Source of the DNA: Klebsormidium nitens | Lineage: Eukaryota > Plantae > Klebsormidiophyceae | Assembly: GCA_000708835.1 (NCBI GenBank) | Contig: DF237156.1 | Span: 42,686 to 106,685 of the forward strand | DNA: 64,000 nucleotides | Direction of reading: 5' to 3' | Shown here: positions 49,089-61,241 of the stretch, piece by piece | Numbering within the stretch: the first letter of the stretch is position 1 | Layout: each line of letters begins with the position of its first letter | Made by a program: the position numbers and the translations under genes | Notes under the pieces: model-generated | Told to the model about the DNA's origin: nothing | Database searches by the model: none | Seen by the model: the letters and a program-made list of their open reading frames with translations, nothing else

Positions 49089-52000
49089 TCACAGCCGCTT
49101 TAATGCCCTTTTCCTATCCACAACCTTTTTCTTGTCCGCTAGTTTCGTGACCGTCTCGCCTTTTGGCTTCTTGGCTGAGGGAGACGAGAGAACTGTGTTC
49201 GGATCCGCAGCCGTGGGTGCACCTGACAAGCAACAGAAATACCAGAATTTAGCTTGGGCTTGAGACCTGACACTTCGCCGGAGCACCATCAGTGTTCCAG
49301 TTTGCAGAAGTCGAAACAGACTGAATCCGAACACAGCCAGTCACTCAAGGAAAGCTCTAACGTACGTTTGGATGGTCCGAGCAGAAAAGCTTGCATCTGG
49401 GAACATAACGTCCGAAAATCCAAAAGCAAGGGACGAGCGAATCAGTGGGACATCAGCAGTAAAGCTTCGAGACTAACCATTGAGCAATTTGAGTAATATC
49501 AAACCGTTCCCAGAGGGGCACCAGAGCGGGCCAGAAATAAGAGAAGAGCGGGACCCGGTAAGGTGGGGCAAACACTACGAACAGTGGGCACAATCCACAG
49601 GGACTCAGGTGATAACGAGAACAGCAGGGCAGGAACAGTATTGTGAGCGCAGAAACAAGGAAAAGGAGCAGAAACAGGAACAACGGGCGGCCAGAACTAC
49701 TTCAAAAAGTAGGGCAGAAAGGACGCACAAGAATTGCCGAAACAGGGGGGCAGACATGACGAAATGTGAACAACTCAGAGCGGGGGCAAGACCAGACTGA
49801 AGCGCTCACCATGAGCGACCCCCTCCGCCGGCGCGCCCGCGTCCGTGTTCGCCGTATCCGTCGACAGGGGGGTCGTCGCCTGCCCGTCCTTGCCCCCCTC
49901 CGTGGCGGATTTCGTTGGCCCCGCCCTCGGCTTGAGTGCGTGGATGCTGGTCAGCAATTGCGCGTGCCGCGAGTAGCCCTCGTAATCCTCCATCAGCATC
50001 TTTCCGGCCTCCTCGTTCAGAGCGGATTCCGGGAACGGCTCGATGAGGAGGCAGCGGATCACGAGCAGGACGTGTCGGATGCCGAGAGTGGGCTTCCAGT
50101 CCTGGAGGAAAGTGGGTTACGAAAAGTGGGTAAGTGAAAATCGACTGCTTTACATATTTTCGACGAGGCTTCCAATCCTCGAGACAAACGGCTGGAGTGA
50201 CTTCAGAAAAGACTGACATAAACTTCTCTTGCTAAAAGGTGTTCTGTTGCTAAAAGAAGGAAGGATGGAGGGACGAGCGAAGGTTCACAGTTCCTGGGGG
50301 ATCTACCTCGAAGAAAACCTATGGAGCTTTCCCACTCCGAAAGCAACATGCGGGATCGCCTGCGGACCAAGAATCAGGGGCAGACTTTGAAATTGCACTG
50401 GACAGCCCAAATCCCTCTCTCTTTCCTGAATGAGATTGACATATTCCTGAGGCACCAAAAGACTACAGTGCAATGTTCTTATCACTGTACTGTAACAAGT
50501 CCAGCTATCCAAGACGGTTGATTGGCCACCAGTGACTGTGACCGACCACAAGTGTTCAGCGTAAGCTGTCAAACATGTTGATGCACAAGGATGCAAGCCG
50601 ATCAACCGTTACTGCCTTTATGCCAATAACAACGGATCTGTAGAATGTAGAGGACTGTTTCTATACCTTTTTGAGCGTGTTGACGCAGATCTCGCCGCTC
50701 TTTGCAATGTTGGGGTGGAAGATTTTCGTGAGGAAGTAGCCCTTGGGGGGAACCTGGGGGAAGTCGGAGCTCAGGACCAGCTTCATCCGGAACACGCCGC
50801 CCTCGTACGGCGTGCCAGCTGGACAAGGAGAAAATGGCAGTGACGTCAGCATTCCGGCCCATCAGGGGTTTCCCCTTTTCGTTGCCCCGTACAGCCTTGC
50901 CGAAATACAAGCGGTGCCGGGGTCATTCTTGTTGCATTTCGAGGGAGAAAAGAGGGATCCCTCTATTCTTATCTTTGTGAAACGCCCATCAACGAAAGTG
51001 TTGGTTAAGAGAGCGAACAGTACGTGCTGAAAATTTTTCGCTTCTCATATCAGCAGCTCATGCCAAGAGTCTGCCCGTGACCGTCATGAAACTCACCGGT
51101 AAAAGACTCGCTTCTCCACCTCGCTCAATCATTCATCCTGAATGTCTGCTGTAGCACTCTAAGTACTCAACTGAAATTGCGAGGCATGTTGAGAACGCAA
51201 GAAGCAGAAGTCCCTACCTGGCCCATCGATTTCTGCCTGGACGTTAGCAAAGTTGTCCTCATTCACGATGATCCGAATCCCTTCCGGGGGCTCTGCGTCC
51301 AGCGACTTGATCTCTTTTGCCAGCTCCCGCATCACTTTGGGGGACAGGTTCTCGTTTGCTCCCTGCAGCATAATGGGGGCGAAACCAATTTAGAGAGGGG
51401 CTCTTTGTTGAAGTAGTTCAGAGATTGGTTCATCCCAACCGAAAGCTCGGAATTTCCAGCCTGCAGCAAGTGGAGGGCTAACATTACCAAAAGGGCTTTC
51501 TCCAATTAGCGGGAAGACCATTTGATACCCAAAGGACAGTTCTTCATTTTCAGCCTGCAAAACAGTCATCAAACACTTCAACAAAAGTTTCACATCCGCA
51601 GCCTGCGGAATGGTGGGGTAACGCCAGGATCGGAAGCGCTGCTGTAGAAGCAGGCAAGAATCTCGCAACAACTCAGTAGAAAGGTTCTCACTAGCAGCCT
51701 GCAGATACTACAGGACAGATTCAGAATAGAAAGAGTTTCAAATCCTGCAACTGAGCCCACCACAAGACAAGGAGAGACCTCGTCGCTGCGGTCAACAATC
51801 CAATATGCAGGATTGCAAAAGGGACCCCAAATATGGGAAGAGAAGAGCCACCACAACCAAAGTAACACGATCATTCCAGCATATAAAAGAGCATAGAGAC
51901 ACATCCGCTGAATTTACGTAAAAAGGGTTGGCACAGGGTCGCAACATCCATGTCCAAAGAGGACGCGGCTGGTTGCTTGGTAAAGTGCAACTGCTCACTT

Positions 52001-53644
52001 GAACCACCGGCACAACAGTTCACGGAAAAAGGGGGTAAAGATTGAGGAACAAAAGAAGTGATGCTACCCAATACTCAAGGAAACAAGCAATCTTCGTAAG
52101 CTTTGGGCCTTCAGAAAGGGGCTGATGTTCCACGAAGTGGGCTTTGGGGCAACTGCAGCTTGCAGAAGAATCTTACTCCCACTGTACCTGGGGCAAGACA
52201 CGAGTCATGACTGCACACAGGGCTTGTCATTGGCAACAATTGCACTGGCTTGGGAGCACCAGGCCGCGAAATTATTCATTGCCCAAAGATAAGAAGCTGC
52301 AGAGATGATCTTATCAAGCCCAGATTTGCTCGCCGTCAGGACCTTTCCGAGAGATGCGTTTTCTCGTGCGACGAAGGCGAATAAGGACAAACGCCTTGTC
52401 AGGCGAACGGTTGCCTGCCCACGTCAGCACGAGCTCTCTCTCGCGGGGCACATTGAGCAGTGAAACGCATCCTTTCAGGGCGCTTTTATACGGCGTGAAT
52501 GGAGATCACCAAGTGAGTGCTGTTGTGAGAAGTGGCTGACGCTCTCACGCCAAAAGTATCTCAACAATGTAGAGGAGAAGACATGGTGTTTTTCTGAAAG
52601 GGCAATGGCAAGCAACAGAGCAGCCCATTGATCTTGCAAGCGCTTTGTTGCAAAAGCATTCGTCCGTTTGGACAGCAATTGACCACGCTCACTTTGAGCA
52701 GTGACCGGAGTTGCTGCTTTTAGACAAAACCCTTTTTTATTTTGTTGCGACATATCAACCAACACAGCTGGACTCCATGCACAAGTGGGCACGAGCTGTG
52801 CTCTCTTCACCAGAAACGGTGAGCTATGATACAAGGAATACACTCATGGCACAGCATTGGGCCTCAACTTATGCGGCAGCAATACGGAGACGCTTTTACC
52901 AGAATCTCACTGACCCAGAACCATGATAAGTGGGCAAAAGCGAGTTGAACCACCGTACTGACAGACTGCATGCAGACCAAGCAAATGCGGGGCAGATTGA
53001 CTTACGTGCTGTTAGCTCCTCTCTATATCGCGTCCTTAGGAGCACAACCCAAAGTTTAGAGAGCGGGCAATATCTACTTCAGATTCACCGGTTAGATGGA
53101 CGGAGCGAGACAACAAAAGATGCAAAGAATTTTTGCGAGCTGTGATGCTGTATATCTGACTTGTGCTGTCTGGAAAATAGATGCTCCATGCATTGAATGC
53201 TTAACAAGCATGAAGGTGGTTCATTCTCCGGCGCTTTTTCTGCAGAAGGTTCAACAAGAATCCAGCTGAGACCTAGCATAAAGCTTGCCCATCTTTCCAA
53301 AATGGATTGTCAGTTTTGAAAGGGAGTTCCCATAAGTAGAGAGAAAAGGATGAAAAAGAAAAGAAAAACTGGGCTCCAGTCTTGCCCTCTTACATTAGCA
53401 GGAAAATGTCCACAAAACTGTGAGTCATGTATTGCACTTTTGAAAGGGTCAAGCAACCCCCGAAAGCAAAACGGCCCTTTGAAACCAAACCCAAGCACCA
53501 TTCAGCAAAAAGCACTGAATATGAAGGGGAAAGGCTGAACTAGCAATAGCACAATCGAAGGTGTGCGATTACAGATGCAAGCGAGCACACCACCCGCACA
53601 CCAACGAGTTGTTTGATAGTTCATTCGTTTTAGGAACTTACCAT
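49089..53644 (-). CDS. UBC22: Ubiquitin-conjugating enzyme E2 S (plant UBC22 / UBE2S type)
   Basis: Exons 51218-51362, 50667-50818, 49810-50101 and 49089-49222. Motifs [67 protein letters not shown] and the basic tail [15 protein letters not shown]. The start is inferred as a lone ATG exon at 53642-53644 (cacacaATG|gtaagt), which is less certain. Confidence 0.93.
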
Positions 53645-55643
53645 TGTGTGAAGCGACCCCTCCCTCCCTCTGTGAACGCCGTTGACTGCCCAGCTATGAG
53701 ATCTTTCAGATGTTTAACACCTCGTGTGTGAGAAATCTTAGTTCAGAGGAGCCCACATGCCGCAATAGGTTGCTCTGTCGTCGCTAAGCCTCAGGCTGAT
53801 TCAACCCTAACCTTTGGTTTGATGGGTTCTTTTAAAGGGCAGCAATAAGGTTCACTCGTGTCGATAGGAAGGGACCCACTTATAGACGATCGGTGGTTTG
53901 GTCAAAGCAGTGCTTAGATAGGACCACTAACCAGTCTCAAGGCTTTTCTGCTCCTTCTCTTTACACCATTAGTTTCTTCTCTCACTCTCAAATACATCCC
54001 CTGCCACGCACAGGCTATCGGTTTGTGGCGTCTATCGGGTAAACCAGTATCCTAGATTGACCTTGTGCACTGGTCTCTCCTCCTTCACCCAGCGATCACT
54101 TCTCTGCTTCAAGCTATGCCAAAGAAAGTCAAACCACAAAAAACCGCAGTACCCCCTTTGCGAAACAGCGTAGGAAACACTCCAGTTCCCACGCTGTCCG
54201 TGCCTTGCTCTTCCAAACTTGGAGCAAACTTTGACTTTGTAGCAGCCTTTCCTGTGATGCAGGGAGACCCTTCTCTGATGGTAGGACGGTCTCCTCAACG
54301 CCTGTTCCTGTTGACAGTGTTGTTTGGAGTGTTCCTGTTCCTCATGTCGGTGTTTTAGAAAGCTGACCCCGTGGACTTCAATTTTGAAACTCTCAACCAA
54401 ACGATGTACGTCAACCATTGATAGCCCGTACATTGCGGGCAACTTCCAGCCGTTGACTGTTTGGGACGATGGAAGGCTACTGGCCCGTGCCAGAGTCCGA
54501 AACTTTAGTAGGTATGGTGGCAGTCTGCACCGATCAACGTCCGCAAATTTGGCCGTCCGCAAACCCTGGAAAGCCTAAACCCTGGCTACTCTGAAACAAT
54601 CAGTGCGCCTCCGCGGCCCCGTGCGCATGAATGGCGCATCATATGCCGCCGATGATCTTACAGCGCTTCTGCATAGCACAGATAGCAGAGACGCACAAAA
54701 GCAGCGAGCCAAAGCAGAGCCAGAAGGCGCCGCCTAACCGGCCAGCCCCAGAGTTCCAGTTATTCTGGGCCCTGAGTACCCTTCGAGTACTTCCTTAGGA
54801 GACTGAGGAGGTACTCCACTGGGCCCAGTACTGGTACTCGGAGGATCGGAGCTGGAAAGATTCTGAGCTTTGATAGGTGAGTTTGCGGATACTGAGAGAA
54901 GCTGGAAACGATTGATAATATTACAAGGCAATCATGGACAACTCAACAACTGGTCAAACAGTGGTTTTGTTCTTGCGCCGGATCTGACTCGATTGCCCAG
55001 AAACCTGAAAAGACACCTGCACTTCTCAGGTATAACATGAGGTGTCGACTTAGAAACCGTTCTAGCATTTGAGCGGAAGCTGGTTTCCTTGGCTCCTCAA
55101 CTTTGTTTGTTCAGGTTCCCGACTGTCTTCAACGTTCAGGCTTGCCCATAAATCCAGAATATCACCGGCTAAGTGCATAGTACTTCAGATAACGCGGACA
55201 GTCTTGCGGCACTGATTCAACAAGGATAGCAAGCGGATTTGTTGACAGCAGTTACTACAGACGTCTCAGTCACCCACCAACCAGTGGCCCACCAAAACAA
55301 GTGGAGCTTACATCGACCGGCTCCCTAAGTCAGTGTTCTTTTCTGGCGGGGGGTATTGACGACGATACAAATGACTCAAACGTTCAAACGTTTGGAATCT
55401 CCATAAGCGGACGCAGAATACAGCCTTAACAGCAGTTGCGTCAAGCTGCAACTCCATTAGCCTCAAGCAGGCTTGGATCGCCTCTACTTCATTCCAAAGT
55501 TTAGCTTGCTTTGGTGAACGATCAATCGCAAGCAGGGGGATCGGTCGGCAAGGAATACACAATTGCTGACATCATGCTGATGCTTAGCGGAATCTGCTTC
55601 TGAAACCGCTTACCTTCCTGATTTGCAGAACGGAACGAGAATC

Positions 55644-58600
55644 ATGGCCGGACTTCTGGGTGCCAAATGGCACGAACTCTCGTCAGAGCTTGAAAAGAGA
55701 AGGTCCGGTGAAGGTGGATCTGCCGAATCGGATGATAAGAAGAAGGAGCTCTCCTTTTTAATGAGGCACCTTAAAATACTGGACGTGCGCGCAAGGCTGC
55801 ACGCCAGATCAGGGATCGACTTTGATACACGTTACAAGCACGGGCGCAAAGGTGAGAGAAGGCTCAGCAAATCACAACGGGCCCTGCTCTGGGCAATGAT
55901 GCCATGCAGGCATCGCGACGTTCCTCTTAGGAGTGGTTCAACCAAAAGCACAGATCAAAAGAAAAGAAATGTTCCGGTAGGTGGAAACCCTATTTGTCCA
56001 ACGGCACAAGATCTCGGAAGTTGATGCCGCGGACCTTGGGAAGTGCCTCATCCGTTTGGGTCTCCTCTTTGACATCGTTGATCTGCACCTTCGTCGAAAC
56101 AACTTGAACCCACATCGCCGCTATTTTCTCACGTCTTCTGTTCCGTCCAGAGCGGAGCATCACATTGGGCCCCCATTGCCTAACGAGACCTACTAGCTCC
56201 AAATGGCCCGTTGACAAGTCGACCACTTCTGATCACTTGTCGATCGATATGACACTACTTTATCTTTTGACACAGGTTGACGCCCAAGAAGCACGTACGA
56301 TTGGCTTTTCTCCTTTCATTCATCTGAAAAGAGTTACGTGCTTTTACAACCTTGGGAATAATTAACGATCATTTACTCCTGTCTGACACCCTCTGACCCT
56401 CTTTCTGGCATCTTAAAGTTGCTGTTTTTCGGGGGTGCAGACTTGTGAAGTAGGTAAAAGCAAGATTAATGGGAAGAATTTTGCTGCAAAGCGGACGCAG
56501 GCAGACAACAATCATCATCCTTCTCCTTCCGATTCAGCTTTGCCTTGATTTGATACTGATCAGGTATATCTGCTCGCCAAGATAGGATCGACGTTATGAC
56601 GACTCGACCTCTCTGATACTGATGGCTTCAAATTTCAGACGTTAATCTGACAAACCCATCGGCATGTGTTTTGCAAGGTTCGGGCAAAAGTGAATACCTG
56701 GTTCAGCCACGTGTCATCTGCGAAGATGACACGTGGCGCTTCTTGGGAAACGGCCGCCTCGTGCTCAGCATAGACGTCAAGGACGGGACCTGTAACGCGG
56801 TTCCTGAGCACGTGGCAGTTGCCGTCAGCTGCATTAAACACGCCTGGATCGCGAGTACAGAGGAGCATTCCTCAGATTGGACGCACCATTTTGACCTGAT
56901 ATACAAGTGAATACCTTTTCTCGCTTCCGTCCCTACTTGAAGTGAGGTCCCTTGTTGGGCCTCCGAGCTTCGCAGCGTTCGGATCAACTTGCAAATGTTG
57001 TCCAACAGTAGGAGCAGCATAGAGACTTCATCGCCACAATGATTCCCAGAGCTTTTCAGTGGCATCACATAAGTGATGGCAATGTGATCTGAGCTACTAT
57101 CATTCTTTCGATCAGTTGTTCAACAGTTTCTGTATTCCAGAACGAGTCCAGAACGTTCAATCGTCCTTTTCTTAACCGTCAGCCTACGCTTAAGAGCTGT
57201 CCCTCCCCACATCGTAAAGTATAACAAAGTAGAGTCCCTGCCGAAAATAATTTACGATGAGCACAATAGAACGTTACACCCTAACCCTTTTACTTCTGAC
57301 TGCAGGCTGGACAGGTGCCGGACTCATCAAGCTTCAAGAAAAGGACGCTTTTCCGGACCGCTACATAGACACGATCACCCCTTGGTCCGCTAAAGAGCGG
57401 TGTGACCATATTGCGAAACGGATCCCGTCGGCTCTCGTTTTGTACCGCATGATGTGCCTCTTTCCAACCCTGGATGTGCCGACGGTCGATTGGTACAAGT
57501 GTCTCTGGGACTTCTCATTGAAACACAAAGCGACCGGATTCTTGCTACAGATATGGGAACACAAGGCCGGTTTGCAAGCCAGGGTGAACTCCTATGCTAT
57601 CGTCCCGCTTTAATTCTTGGTCTGAGGTCCTCAGACAATAAGTGCTCACAAAAAAATGAAACGGGGTCTTGGCCAGGCCGAACAGAAGGGCAAAGAGGTT
57701 GTGGCCCACTTTCAGTGAACATTGTGCACCTCGCAAGCTCGTTCCGCTTGGGTAGCAGAGTAGTGCCTTGAAACAGATTTGTGTGGCGAACCTTCACTCG
57801 CCATTTGAATGATATACAGAACAATGGCGCAGCTCTCATCCTCGCATGTCTCAGAAAAATCGACTCGGTATACTTCAAAGAACAAAGACTATGCGCGCCT
57901 CGTCGTTCAGTTCTCTGCCAACACTGCAAAGCAATCTCAGCCGTTCTAACCCTGCCGAGCTTCATTCTCCTGCCATCGCACGTTTATCAAGTTAACATGC
58001 ACTAACCCAAAATTCCGGTTCCGTTCAGATCTACTGGACGGGCAGCCTTGAAAGCCCTGGTCCGGGGCCGGAATGTTTCCAGGCTGACGCGTGCGCGTTT
58101 CTGGAGCTGCTCCTTTCGGACGAGTGCCGGCATCCCTGTGGAGTGGTCGCGGGTTCCATTGATCCTGCTCTTCTGGACACCTGCAGCGCAGCGGCACAAA
58201 AGGTGACCTAAATTTACCGATATTGCACTGCCTTTGAATTTTCTCTCTTGATGTTTTTTACTTCTTGATTTTGCTTCATATTGCGTCTCCCGCGGAAGGA
58301 ACGTCCCAAACGCTGGAATACGTCACACTGCTCAGGGTCATTCCAATGCTTTCTTCTTTCAAAGTTTAAGTGGTGGCCTATTTGTCGCCCCTCGTCATTA
58401 TGACGAGTTGGCTTTCGGAAACACGTAGGCTGGAGAAGGGTGCGACGCTGAGCAGCCAATGAGCAGCTACCGTCGCAAATCGAAAAGCAGCCAAGCAAGT
58501 TAGGACGGCGCGCTCTTGAACAGTAAGTTCTAGGGCTGCCACTTATTCGCTTCAAGTCTTCTCCATGCGCACGCATGTTCGCCCCACCTCTTTCCGCGTC

Positions 58601-59954
58601 CCCGTCTTCCAAACTCAATCGAATCACTCAACAGAGTGTATGTACGCTTGACAATCACAGGATGTTTGTTGTAGTTTTGTATCTGCAGCAGCGAAGATAT
58701 ATGGTGGACCTACCGCAAACCCACAGGGATCGGCTGACGCCCGAGGACGAATCGGCGGCGCGCGCGGTCAGAGATAAGTGGAAAGCCCTCGAAGAACCGG
58801 ACAGGCAAGCGCTCCTGAGCTTACTATGGCGAATTGCTTTCCGCATTAATTTCGTGCGACGGCAAAGTTTCTTTTCCTGCAAGATGAGTCACGAAGTGAA
58901 AGATGGGGGAAAAAGTTTGGAATGGTCTGGAAAAGCGACCGAGTGCTGTGGTGTACTTTGGTCCCTAAGTCAAATTGTGGCGCCTTTTCGAAGGTTGAAG
59001 GCAGTAATGCTCTTTTCTTCCTCAGCTGCCGGGGGTTTGATTCTAACGAGGGTGCTCGAGGAGCTTCTTAACGAGTCGCTTCTTGCGTTCTAGAAAGGCA
59101 CCTTTGCGTCACGTCTTTCCTCACCTGCTCGCCACAATCTGGTATCGCACCAATACCTCCTTCAATTTCTGATGCAGCGCCCCACAAGACGGTTCCGGTC
59201 GCTTGGAGGTCCGCTTCCGTTTCGCTACCAAATCAATCATCTTAGGCGACTTGGAGCCGGAATCTGCGGCGCCCAGAAACAAGAAGCTGAAGGCGGAAGT
59301 GGTGAGAAGGTGTAACGGTCCCCACGTTCCAACTTTCTTAAGCTCCACCAGTGCTACAGCAACATCAACGGTTCCTGACAAAACAGTTTATTCTCAAGCC
59401 TTGGCTGCTTTTGCGCTTCATGATCAGTCGTCGTTTCGCTCAATGCTCTTCATCATCGGTATCTCGCAGGACGGCAAGCACTGTCGTTTGAAGGGTGTTG
59501 CAGAGATGTATGAGCCCAGTGTAGGATCACGTTCTTCTCTTGATTTGTTCTGGAAGAAAATCTTGAGGAAACTTCTGCCCAGGATCCGTCGACCGTTCCC
59601 TTCTGCGTGACGATCTCCTCGGCGCTGCTGCTCTACCGTCTTCTCGCCCTCTTCAGCCTCCTCGACCGCGAAACGCGCCTCTCCAATGGATCTTACGAAA
59701 GCGTCCAGACTCCGGTTGAGATTCTTCGACCCGAAGTCCCTGACTCCGTCTGGTACACGGAGATTGCCCACGTGGCGTCCGGAACCGTCGTCCGGTTTGG
59801 CGACTACCGCGGCGCGGCAAGCGTCTGGGCGAAAGCGTCCGAAGGAGCTGACATGGACAAGCTCAAGGGGGATCTTGAGTCGTTGCTCGAGCTGCTGTGC
59901 GGCGAAAAGTCCCCGCATACGTACGACAAAGTGGTCGCCGGGTGTGTAGCTTGA
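55644..59954 (+). pseudogene. Paralogue A: uncharacterised protein with an internally duplicated domain, apparently frameshifted
   Basis: Exons ~55644-55851, 56678-56906, 57306-57583, 58029-58202, 58689-58804 (GC donor), 59178-59301 and 59583-59954. All junctions are in phase except exon 3, which has 4 extra nt (GGTG, 57314-57317) relative to paralogue B. The start codon is uncertain; conserved in-frame sequence extends ~60 nt upstream. Confidence 0.6.
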
Positions 59955-61107
59955 GAGGCCCCTTGCGGTATTGCGGGCCCCGTGCATTCGTCCCCTCTGA
60001 TAGTTCCCAACAGGAACCAGAAGCAGGTCGAGTCTGACAATATTCAAGACTCTTGAAATCTATGTGTGGATTGGACTCTTGAGTTCTACGGTGTGGACTG
60101 GTGCCTCCCTGCGCATGACAAATGACTGCCACGGTTTTCATGCAGCGGCCCGGCCCGCAAATGGCATAACGTCACGCCCCGCCGAGCCTATCACGCAGGC
60201 GCCAGTCTGTACATGTTAGTACGCAAATGAATGTGACCGGACTCGGTATTATAAGTACCAATAGTGCGATCCAGCTCAACGCAAACAACCGTCAAAAAGT
60301 AGGAGTAACTGGTTTTTGGTGGCAGGAGGTCCTTTTCCTGATCCCGTTCCTTATGGAGCTTTCCCGTGAGTGAACCAAGAACTATCAGAACCGAGAGGGC
60401 CGCCGGGTCTTCGTATCTCGCGTCGGCGGTCCGTAACCACTGCCCTGTCGCGCTCACGTCGCAGTCGGCCGAGAAATATTTTTCGCTCGCCTGCAATCGC
60501 CTTCGGTTTGGCCCGGGCGGGCTTCTTCGCATTGTGTGTCACCATGATTTTCCTCCTAGCCAGCCACTGCCACACCTCCGGTGGTCAACCTGCTATCATA
60601 CTTGGTTCTCAGTCGGGTGGTTCGAGATAGGCGTCTCTCGGCTCGACTTCAAGTTGAAACCGGCCGTCAGTACGGCACCCATTTCTGCTCGCTACGGTGA
60701 GGTGACGGGCAGCGCAAACACCGACGTCTGCGGTCGCCTCTTTAAAGAACACGGCGAAATGGCAGGTGGCGCTCGGAACGGACGAAGGACGATTGTGTCG
60801 TCTTCCGCGTCTCTTTGTGATTTACAGCCTGGGTTGTCCCTTTTCATCTTCTGAGCTAGAGGATTTTGAGCGAGCCTGCCGCTTCGACGCGGCCTAACTA
60901 AAGTGTCTGCCTCTTTGCTTCTGTTGCTTTGTAACGTTGCACATGCAGTCCAGGCCCGCACTTGCCTGACAATTTGCATCTCATTCAATTCGTGTGCACC
61001 CATCATATTGCAGTCTGGCGGTCACGCACTAGCCATCATCAGAAATTTGGACGTTTACAGGACTATTACACCATTGAACGGAAGATGAGCCTGAGCGGTC
61101 CCAAGCG

Positions 61108-61133
61108 CGTCCGCAAATTTGGCCGTCCGCAAA
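61108..61133 (+). promoter_or_regulatory. Conserved 26-bp upstream element containing a GTCCGCAAA direct repeat
   Basis: CGTCCGCAAATTTGGCCGTCCGCAAA is identical at 54538-54563 and 61108-61133, while the flanking sequence has diverged. Confidence 0.5.
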
Positions 61134-61234
61134 TCCTCTCAGCCGTCAAAACCCTGGTGCGCCTCCGGCCGGCGGCGCGGTATCTCCAATATTCCATGTT
61201 GCTTTGCTATCCAGTAAGAATAGCGCAGCGCACA

Positions 61235-61241
61235 TATATAA
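61235..61241 (+). promoter_or_regulatory. Candidate TATA box of paralogue B
   Basis: TATATAA is followed ~110 nt later by a G|GTAAGT donor (putative 5'UTR exon). The aligned position in copy A reads CACAAAAG. Confidence 0.5.

Noticed and set aside
6120-57290. Telomere-like CCCTAAC/CCCTAA words
   Set aside because: They occur singly and mostly coincide with CTAAC branch sites; there are no tandem arrays.
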